DNA of 64,000 bases from an uncultured virus (IMG/VR IMGVR_UViG_3300043395_001428) (Duplodnaviria; Heunggongvirae; Uroviricota; Caudoviricetes). The stretch lies in the IMG/VR virus record IMGVR_UViG_3300043395_001428. One strand, written 5' to 3'. How positions within the stretch are numbered: position 1 is the stretch's first letter; every line of letters begins with the position of its first letter. The notes below the pieces were generated by a model, which saw only the letters and a program-made list of their open reading frames with translations, searched no databases and was not told the origin of the DNA. This document shows positions 56,761-64,000 of the stretch, piece after piece. The position numbers and the translations under genes were made by a program.

Positions 56761-57471
56761 TTATCCTGCTGTCGTTTCCGTACTTGCTAATGGTGTGTTC
56801 GGCAGCCCCATTAACAACATCTGATACCCTTGCTGATACAGATTCATATCTACACCCGCAAGACCTGCGTTATCCGTCCAACCTACTTGTAGAGAGTTGC
56901 CACACACGCCGTTGACGTGCATATTTGCACACGCTTGCGGTAGAGGTGAATCTTCGTCAGCATCATAAGCCGCACTTTGCGTATCATAATCCCACACGCA
57001 TCCTTGCAGATATGCTGTCGAACGTGTGTGCCTGAATTGATTTCCTGTCAGATTGTAGTTGTAAAGATTTACATTATTAAAGAAATCATCTTCGTAATCT
57101 GCCAATGTCTGTGTCGGCATCCACGTCAGCGGAGCGTTGGTATCTTCGTCCGCCGCTGAGTCGAACACTCCGACGAACTCCACACCATCATCGTCTACCG
57201 TTGGCGTTGAAGCTAGATTAGCTAACGCCTCACTGCGTCCATACAACAATGACCGAGCAGGATGCTGAGGGTTATTACCGATGACCTGAGCCATTTCCTT
57301 CTCGATCATCAATATCATATCCTTAAACGCACTCTTAGGAATTTCAGCCCCGTCTAGGGCGCTCGCCCACGCACCTGCATAGGCGGCTTCCAATGTGGCT
57401 TGGTCAGCGCCAATTATCTGTGCAAGGCGTAATGCCGCTTGGCGTTTAATTGTTAAATAGCTGTACGGCAT
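56761..57471 (-). CDS. putative adaptor-like virion protein
   Basis: Late operon; acidic. Confidence 0.55.
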   Translation of the reverse strand: MPYSYLTIKRQAALRLAQIIGADQATLEAAYAGAWASALDGAEIPKSAFKDMILMIEKEMAQVIGNNPQHPARSLLYGRSEALANLASTPTVDDDGVEFVGVFDSAADEDTNAPLTWMPTQTLADYEDDFFNNVNLYNYNLTGNQFRHTRSTAYLQGCVWDYDTQSAAYDADEDSPLPQACANMHVNGVCGNSLQVGWTDNAGLAGVDMNLYQQGYQMLLMGLPNTPLASTETTAG

Positions 57472-57858
57472 CTATCCCCACGTCGCAGCGGTTTGCTGTG
57501 CCCAAACTTCGTTAATGTCCGCTGTCCCCTTGTTCTGAATACGGATGAACCCTGACAGCCTGACAAGCGTTGTCCACGTATAGACCGTATCCGTCGTTGC
57601 AGGCACGGACTCAAGAATGTACTCAGTGCTGAAATCGGGGTTGATGTCGTACATCACGTCAAAGGCGTCAGTTGTCGGCGCGGCGTCGAACAGCACATTA
57701 ATCTCCGTCGCTAGTCCTGCGTTGACCGCGATGCCCATTGAGTAATCGTCATCGGGTATCACAGGGTCAGGTGTGCGCATTGACAGCCACACGGGTTCTT
57801 GAGGGTTCGATGATGCAAGGGTTAGTTGAAGCCCCTTACCGGGATAAAGTGTGGCCAT
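57472..57858 (-). CDS. small virion structural protein
   Basis: AAGGAG RBS; beta-rich. Confidence 0.6.
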   Translation of the reverse strand: MATLYPGKGLQLTLASSNPQEPVWLSMRTPDPVIPDDDYSMGIAVNAGLATEINVLFDAAPTTDAFDVMYDINPDFSTEYILESVPATTDTVYTWTTLVRLSGFIRIQNKGTADINEVWAQQTAATWG

Positions 57859-57867
57859 AATTACTCC

Positions 57868-58605
57868 TTAGCAGTTCCAATCCTCCAGAAAGACGGGTTT
57901 TGGAATTGCGATACTTTTAATATATCTACTAAATAATGGTTCTTTGATCTGTAATTGATAATCGAACCCCATCATCAATTCTTTTCTCTTAGCGAGATTT
58001 TCTGCCTTGTCATCACTCCACTCAGTATATGGCAAGAGTGCCATTGCATTACGAAGTCTGACAAGTTCTGCGTGTTCGGGCAACTGTACCGCAGATGATA
58101 ATGGGTCATTGACCCCGATGTACCCACTGAGATAGTGGATATTGTACGTCCAACTCGTCATTGGCTGAGGCTGAATCCTCACCATATAGTTCGAGTTGAG
58201 TACGCCTGAGCGATAGAATGACATCCGTTCAGGCGTTTCCGTTACCCACGGTAAAGTCCCGTATGACCCCATATAATACTGCCATACAGTGCCGTAATCT
58301 AGATCGTCAACGTCGGAGAACGGAACGTTCACATACCTGATGTAAGGGTCGCCCTGTATTCTTTCAACATACAAGACTTTACCGAAGTCCTCTGCGTTTA
58401 TCGTGTAGGTGTCTTGCCCTACAATGTAGTTCAATTGATAGGTTGATATCGCCCACGGTTTTGCTGAGTTATTGGTCGCGTTGACAATATCCATCTCAGT
58501 TGATATTTCCTGTCTAAGCAACTGATGGAAACTAGGGCGATTGGGCAACGGATTGTCCAATAAGTCCCTAGTCCTGAAGATTTGTTCAATACGACTTACA
58601 CTCAT
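57868..58605 (-). CDS. putative head-tail adaptor
   Basis: GQDTYTI..DF, P.P....Y.I.Y, LPEH pattern. Confidence 0.6.
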   Translation of the reverse strand: MSVSRIEQIFRTRDLLDNPLPNRPSFHQLLRQEISTEMDIVNATNNSAKPWAISTYQLNYIVGQDTYTINAEDFGKVLYVERIQGDPYIRYVNVPFSDVDDLDYGTVWQYYMGSYGTLPWVTETPERMSFYRSGVLNSNYMVRIQPQPMTSWTYNIHYLSGYIGVNDPLSSAVQLPEHAELVRLRNAMALLPYTEWSDDKAENLAKRKELMMGFDYQLQIKEPLFSRYIKSIAIPKPVFLEDWNC

Positions 58606-59822
58606 TGATTATGTTGGAAACAACGGGTCTCTCCCTCTCTAAGCTCACGCTTACACGCTTCACCATTAGCCTTAATCGCCCCACAAGTACCAATCATTGC
58701 CCCCATTGCTGTGAGGTTACTCACGGTAGGTTCTTCCTCTACAGACGGCGTGTAATACGCCTTTACAGGTTCCGCCTTCCGCATCCCAAGCCGAATCTCT
58801 TCATCAATGTCACGCTCTCTCAGTCCTGCAACTATCTCAGCCGTGTACTGCTTGCGTTCTTCGAGCAAAAGTGCCTTCATTGACGCTTCATCAGTACCAA
58901 GTTCCTTCTTAGCAATAATCTCAGCAAGTCTGTTCACTGCACTATCGTCACCTGCAAGCAAGTCGCTCTTTCTGCGAGTGCCTGTCTGTGCCAAGAGCAG
59001 TTCTGACGCATCCGAGTTGCGTACATCCGTCTGACCTTTATCGAACGCGGTTTTGTAGATGACCTCATCGCCTTTGATGGTGTTCAACCCGTGGCGTTGG
59101 AACTCTGCTACCGATCTCAGCATATCCCTTGCGATAGATTGATACTGTGTCTGTAATGACGGAGGCAACATCGCAATGTCAGCACGTCTTGCGTGAATAT
59201 GGGCTTCCATTGCCTTTGCCGTGTTGGGCAGTTCCGCAACGCCGTTCTTAATATCTTCCCAATTCGGGAAAAAGAACAGTTGGACTTGTTCGATCTCCTC
59301 ACGGCTTGCACCTTTGAGTGCTTCGACCTCTACCGTTCCGCCAATACCGTGCGGTACGGTTCGCTGTGTCGCTTTACGTGCATCGTGACCGGGATAACGT
59401 TTGTGAAAGACCAAGTGATTCGACCGTCTGTTCTTGAACACGCCATCTTCTTTGATCGAACGCATATCGCTTTCTAAGAATCCCTGTACGGTCTTTGGCT
59501 GTCCATTGACCGTCTGCGTGAACGACCGTGCAAGCTGCGAACGCATCTCAGGCGGAACCATCATCTCCCAATCCCCGACAGGCGTGAACGCAGGCAATTG
59601 AGTGAACATACAGCGGTAAAGCATATACTTCGACTCTCTCAAGCCGGGGATATGAGGTAGATGTATTCCCCCAAAGCTTTTGAACGGCAGTTCATATTTC
59701 TCTGCATCTGTAATGGCATCCATTGCCATAAACAGAACGCGGGGAATCTGTGCGTCTGCGTCCTCATTAAGAACGACAGGGCTGTTTACGACGGTACTTG
59801 TTGGTATCTGTGCATTTATCAT
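58602..59822 (-). CDS. hypothetical protein with a C-terminal CCCH zinc knuckle
   Basis: CGAIKANGEACKR......RCFQH. Confidence 0.7.
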   Translation of the reverse strand: MINAQIPTSTVVNSPVVLNEDADAQIPRVLFMAMDAITDAEKYELPFKSFGGIHLPHIPGLRESKYMLYRCMFTQLPAFTPVGDWEMMVPPEMRSQLARSFTQTVNGQPKTVQGFLESDMRSIKEDGVFKNRRSNHLVFHKRYPGHDARKATQRTVPHGIGGTVEVEALKGASREEIEQVQLFFFPNWEDIKNGVAELPNTAKAMEAHIHARRADIAMLPPSLQTQYQSIARDMLRSVAEFQRHGLNTIKGDEVIYKTAFDKGQTDVRNSDASELLLAQTGTRRKSDLLAGDDSAVNRLAEIIAKKELGTDEASMKALLLEERKQYTAEIVAGLRERDIDEEIRLGMRKAEPVKAYYTPSVEEEPTVSNLTAMGAMIGTCGAIKANGEACKRELREGETRCFQHNQ

Positions 59823-60739
59823 TGAAATCTGTCCTCATCTTGGGCATCAAGTGCCCCCTTGTATATGTGTTCTAGTTCCTTATGTGTTTTGGTAGTCCCG
59901 ATAAGTTCAGGGATGTTGCCAAAAAACGCTTCCGAATTAGCAAGCATTATGTCTTTGACCCTTTGTGCCTGCTGTTGCTTGGCTTTCTCAATAAAGTGGC
60001 GCGTACTTGCCGCACCGTCCATCAACACTTTTCTGCTTCTCTCAGCGTCGTTTCTCTGTACAACGCCTGCTCTGTCCATATTTTCCCTTATCGTGCGGAC
60101 ATAAGCAATATCTTTATCTGACGGCAACCGATATTTACCGTAACAAATCTTATTCACCGCAAGCATTTTCTCACAACACGGCGGAATGTCGCCAAAGACT
60201 ATTGTCTCATCGTGTTCTGCGATTATCTTGAGGTGTTGATACATAAACTCAGGCGGCTTCTCAGGGCGAATGTGCGTCTTTACACCGTGATGTAGTACCG
60301 TGCTTGCTTCTTCCCAACTCGCTTCTAACTGTGAGCCGTGCAAGACTTCCATTAGAAGCCAACGCGGTGCGGAAATGTAAATATAGTCCTTGTCATTAAC
60401 GGGCAGTTCTGCAAATAACAAAGGTGGCTTCCTTTCGATGTCACCATTCTCATTCAAGAATACGTCCCCGTAACGCCTGTCCCCGCTCCACGCGAGTACG
60501 ATAGCATTGGGCGCTCCAAAAGCGGAGTCTAATCTCTTTTGGAAGTCGGCTATCTCGGCAGGCGTCCACGGGGGAGTCTTGAAGTCACCCTTCAGCCAAT
60601 TGTTAATATCATCGTAAACGGCTGGCTTAAACTGCTTGAGTTTAGCTTTTGCCGTAGCAATAATTTGCTGTTCTCGTGCTAGGTCTGCCTGTCGCATTTT
60701 GCTTTCTTTTTTCCGATTCATATAGTAACGTGACGCCAC
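59819..60739 (-). CDS. hypothetical protein
   Basis: 306-aa ORF in the late operon. Confidence 0.7.
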   Translation of the reverse strand: MASRYYMNRKKESKMRQADLAREQQIIATAKAKLKQFKPAVYDDINNWLKGDFKTPPWTPAEIADFQKRLDSAFGAPNAIVLAWSGDRRYGDVFLNENGDIERKPPLLFAELPVNDKDYIYISAPRWLLMEVLHGSQLEASWEEASTVLHHGVKTHIRPEKPPEFMYQHLKIIAEHDETIVFGDIPPCCEKMLAVNKICYGKYRLPSDKDIAYVRTIRENMDRAGVVQRNDAERSRKVLMDGAASTRHFIEKAKQQQAQRVKDIMLANSEAFFGNIPELIGTTKTHKELEHIYKGALDAQDEDRFQ

Positions 60740-61413
60740 GCCTCTCGGTAAGTAATGGCATAAATTAAAGAAACGCTTACATTATATTTTTTAGCCATTG
60801 ATCTAACATGTAACGTCCCCTCTTGTTGTTGGCGTAATATGTCTCGAACTTTTTCTTCATTTAACTTTGCTTGCGTGCTTTGTTCGCCAATGATTTTTGA
60901 TTCTGGTTTGGTACACCAATGATGTAACCGTCCTTTTCGTGGAGGCAGTTTTGTTTTCATAGGCTGTGGGGGCATTTGCTTTTCTACTCGTATTAGGTAA
61001 TCTAAAGCCCGCTTAACCCCTTCAATAGAATCCCCCAATCCGCCAAGTCCCGTGTTACATGTAGAACATAAAAGTCCTCTAATTTGTCCTGTTTCATGAC
61101 AATGGTCTACTCGTAACCGCTTCCCATCGCGAGATTCATACCCACATATTGCACAAGCTCCATGTTGAGAAGCCAATAAATGTTCGTAATCTTCAATCCG
61201 CATACCATATCGGCTAAATAAATGTTGGTCACGTGACCGATTGGGGTCTTTCTCTTTATGCCACCTTGCCCTAGCCTTAGCTCTCAAACACATTTTACAT
61301 TGACCGTCTCGCCCATGAGCGTTTTTACCTGCTTTTGCAAATATACGGAACTCGTCTAAGGGTTTAGTTACCTTGCAACACGAACACGCTTTTTCTACAA
61401 TTGGATTAGTCAT
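60718..61413 (-). CDS. Endonuclease VII-family homing endonuclease
   Basis: Q.GACAIC, L.VDHCHETGQIRGLLCSTCNTGLG; N-terminal zinc finger; C-terminal HTH. Confidence 0.88.
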   Translation of the reverse strand: MTNPIVEKACSCCKVTKPLDEFRIFAKAGKNAHGRDGQCKMCLRAKARARWHKEKDPNRSRDQHLFSRYGMRIEDYEHLLASQHGACAICGYESRDGKRLRVDHCHETGQIRGLLCSTCNTGLGGLGDSIEGVKRALDYLIRVEKQMPPQPMKTKLPPRKGRLHHWCTKPESKIIGEQSTQAKLNEEKVRDILRQQQEGTLHVRSMAKKYNVSVSLIYAITYREAWRHVTI

Positions 61414-61449
61414 TTCAATACCTCGTTTATTGATCTAAGATTAGGAATT

Positions 61450-61476
61450 GGGAAGTGCTTATAACACTTCCCTTTT
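61450..61476. terminator. hairpin downstream of the capsid gene
   Basis: GGGAAGTG-CTTATAA-CACTTCCC; the T-tract is on the + strand. Confidence 0.45.
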
Positions 61477-61569
61477 CCGTGTTTATGTTATCACACAATG
61501 TGATTAGATTCAATCGCTAAATGCTTTGTTCTCTATCACTTGCGTCAAACCCAAAGTTAGTTGATACAA

Positions 61570-62871
61570 CTAACCTGCCGTTACCTGAGTTGTACCCGAT
61601 GTGAGTGCTGCTCTAATAATCAACGCCGATGCGTAGTTACCGTCGCTCTTATTACCATCGCCCGCATCGAATCCGAAATTATAATAACGTCTAACCTGTT
61701 CGAACCAAGCATCCGCACCGACGTTGTTATAACCCGCCGACTGACGCAGTTTCAGACCGTCTCTGTTGACCGTACCCATAGGGGTAAGTTCAAAACAGAA
61801 GTAATCTGACCGTCTACGACAATACACGCGATCTTCGTCCATATCGGCGTCTACGATGAACAAGCAATCGCCGTCGATATACTTCTCAGGGTATCCATAC
61901 GATGTGGTTGCCTGACCGTCTGCTGCCTGATACTGACGAGCACCAAAGCCTTGAATGGCTAGGGTGTTGTACTGTCCCGGTGGCAAGTGGCAAATGCGGT
62001 TGAAGTCTTTCGTCGGCGTATTCATACGAATCTGGACTTTCGTTTTGAGCGTATTGATAGTAGCCGATGTCAGAGCGCTGCCGTTGAGGTCAACCTGTGA
62101 CGAGTTGAACTCTTGGTAGTTGGTGGTGTCGAGTCCCTGAAACACGCGATCTGCACTGTTAATGAGATACGCAAGTCCGCGAGGAACTTTGTTGAACGCA
62201 CCCTGTTCCACGACAAATGCACCGCTGTTATTAACGCTACCTGTGGTGGTACAGGTAACGGTAGCGGAGTTCGTGCCGTTCTGCGTCGGGGTCATCGTTC
62301 CGACAACTGCGAACGAAGATTCGTCCACAACATCATAGACCACGTTCTTGCAGAGACGGTGTGCGCCTTTGGTGTAGCCAGCGACGGTCGAAGCAGCTGT
62401 GGTTCCTGTGAACGTACCGCCTGTGTTCGAGGTCGTAACTGCGAGAATACCGTAACCATAGTTGTCGCCAATGGCGTAATAGTTAAGGTGCTTCATGTAG
62501 TTCTCAATGGCGAGACGACGAGTCTGAGCATAGTTGATAAGACTTGCTTCAGTGTCCATCGTGTCCATCAAGATACCATCGGTGTACATTGCCTTGCCGG
62601 GGTATGCCAAACCAACCCACATCGAGGCTGATTCGGGTGCAACAGGGTCGGTAAAGCTGTTACCTGATGCTCCGGGGGCGAGGTACGAGTTCTGACCGTA
62701 GTCAGTGGTAAAGAACGGGAGTTGGAATCCCTGTTGTCCGCCTTTTCTCGTTCGAGTTGATTTATCGAACGAATCGTAGGTCGGGGTCATATACTCACGG
62801 ATGGTCGCAACTTCACGTTTGATCTGTTGTGCCTGAGTATCTGGTAGATTACTAAATTCTACTTCTGCCAT
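61570..62871 (-). CDS. major capsid protein
   Basis: 433 aa after a scaffold-like gene; YAIGD..G.GILA, GL..LI, .GLD pattern; strong RBS. Confidence 0.75.
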   Translation of the reverse strand: MAEVEFSNLPDTQAQQIKREVATIREYMTPTYDSFDKSTRTRKGGQQGFQLPFFTTDYGQNSYLAPGASGNSFTDPVAPESASMWVGLAYPGKAMYTDGILMDTMDTEASLINYAQTRRLAIENYMKHLNYYAIGDNYGYGILAVTTSNTGGTFTGTTAASTVAGYTKGAHRLCKNVVYDVVDESSFAVVGTMTPTQNGTNSATVTCTTTGSVNNSGAFVVEQGAFNKVPRGLAYLINSADRVFQGLDTTNYQEFNSSQVDLNGSALTSATINTLKTKVQIRMNTPTKDFNRICHLPPGQYNTLAIQGFGARQYQAADGQATTSYGYPEKYIDGDCLFIVDADMDEDRVYCRRRSDYFCFELTPMGTVNRDGLKLRQSAGYNNVGADAWFEQVRRYYNFGFDAGDGNKSDGNYASALIIRAALTSGTTQVTAG

Positions 62872-62963
62872 ATGATTGCTCCTATAGGTCTAATTTATAT
62901 AAATTGATGCCTGATTCAATATCTCGTGATATTCGGCTCATCATCCAAACCGTGTATAAAACT

Positions 62964-64000
62964 TTATGCGTAGGCAGATGCCTTTTGAGCTTCTATCTCC
63001 CTGATCGTTTGTTTGGCATACCATTCGTCAAGTTCTCGTGAACCATACGGCAGATGTGCCGGGGGTTCGTTCTTATTGGTTGCCGCTGTTCCTATTGCTT
63101 TAGCAACGGGACGTGCCTTTGGAAGCACCTTACGTTTCTCCACTTCCGTTTCAATGGCTTTTGCCGTACCTGCGACAGCTACGTTCTTTTCTTGGGTCAG
63201 GATGTCATCGGCAAATTTAAGCCAATCACCTGTGACTGTTTTGAACGCACTCTGAGCTTTACTAAGAGAAACAGGATTCAATGGTTTTCCTTGTGCGTCT
63301 ACTGCGTGTTTTTCCACTGCAAGGGCTTGAGAGGCTTTTGATACATCTTCAAGCAGTTTTTGTGCTTTAGCGTAGTCGAACGTCACACCTGCGTCTGCTA
63401 ACGCTTGACGGGCAAACTCACCGTCAGGGCCGTCCGAAAAGGCTTGGGTCAGCGTAGTGACTTGCTGTGCTTTGAGTAGGGAGTTCAGTTTCGGGTCAGG
63501 CGAGAATTGCACCGCACTCAATTTCTCAGCCATTGTCTTACGCATTTCTGTGTAAAACGTGGTTTCGGTGTTAATTGCATCGTTGACAAGCGCTTGTTGT
63601 TTGGCTTGCTGTGCTTCTACGAGTCTTTGCTGTTTTTCAATACGAGCGTCGATACCTTCTTGGATATTTCGAAGTTCGCCTAGTTTATTCGTCCGTTCTG
63701 CTACATAAGCATCATCGTCCCAATACTGCATTTCTTCGCGGGTTTCTTTTGAAAGCGTGTTATATGCCCCATAGAGTTCGGCAGGAATGAACGCAGGCAC
63801 ATCCGTCAACGCGGCGGTTGCACCAAGTTTCATCTGCTTCATTGTATTATGGTAACGAGACAACACCTGAGCCACAGTCTCGCCTTCTACTGCAAGGGCT
63901 TCTGCAATGCCTTCTTCAAACTTGTTAATGCCGGGATACTTTGTGGACGGCAACATATTGAGGTCGAAGCGAAGATAGTCTGCGGTCAACTCATCTTTCG
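62964..64000 (-). CDS. putative scaffolding protein (5' end outside the window)
   Basis: Helical, charged, Pro/Ala-rich tail; immediately upstream of the capsid gene. Confidence 0.55.
   Translation of the reverse strand, partial: KDELTADYLRFDLNMLPSTKYPGINKFEEGIAEALAVEGETVAQVLSRYHNTMKQMKLGATAALTDVPAFIPAELYGAYNTLSKETREEMQYWDDDAYVAERTNKLGELRNIQEGIDARIEKQQRLVEAQQAKQQALVNDAINTETTFYTEMRKTMAEKLSAVQFSPDPKLNSLLKAQQVTTLTQAFSDGPDGEFARQALADAGVTFDYAKAQKLLEDVSKASQALAVEKHAVDAQGKPLNPVSLSKAQSAFKTVTGDWLKFADDILTQEKNVAVAGTAKAIETEVEKRKVLPKARPVAKAIGTAATNKNEPPAHLPYGSRELDEWYAKQTIREIEAQKASAYA

Noticed and set aside
31104..64000. Alternative genetic code
   Set aside because: Long ORFs are intact in the standard code and all three stop codons end genes.

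Overview
About 64 kb of a tailed dsDNA phage genome with a podovirus-like virion module. No integrase, DNA polymerase, portal or terminase large subunit is visible; the late operon runs off the right edge. A rightward early/middle arm (~2.0-26.1 kb) holds many small accessory genes, an ArdA-like protein, a replication module (SSB, beta clamp, initiator, DnaB/Twinkle-like helicase, RepB-type primase, RNase H), a TGT-fold protein and a Ro60/TROVE protein. A leftward late arm (>64 kb to 26.1 kb) holds scaffold, major capsid, adaptor/tail-tube proteins, a Hint-domain protein, several fibres/spikes, a 2816-aa polyvalent ejection protein, lysis genes and several free-standing HNH/EndoVII nucleases. 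Four observations stand out. (1) Three to five covarying ~65-nt hairpins lie upstream of the Ro60/TROVE gene and look like minimal Y-RNA-like RNAs without a tRNA domain. (2) A separately promoted tRNA mimic has no proper anticodon arm. (3) A fixed-length ~52-bp intergenic element recurs across the early arm. (4) Many accessory genes are bracketed by short direct repeats, including three unrelated genes sharing the same left and right flanks. All calls are from motif reading by eye; no searches were run.
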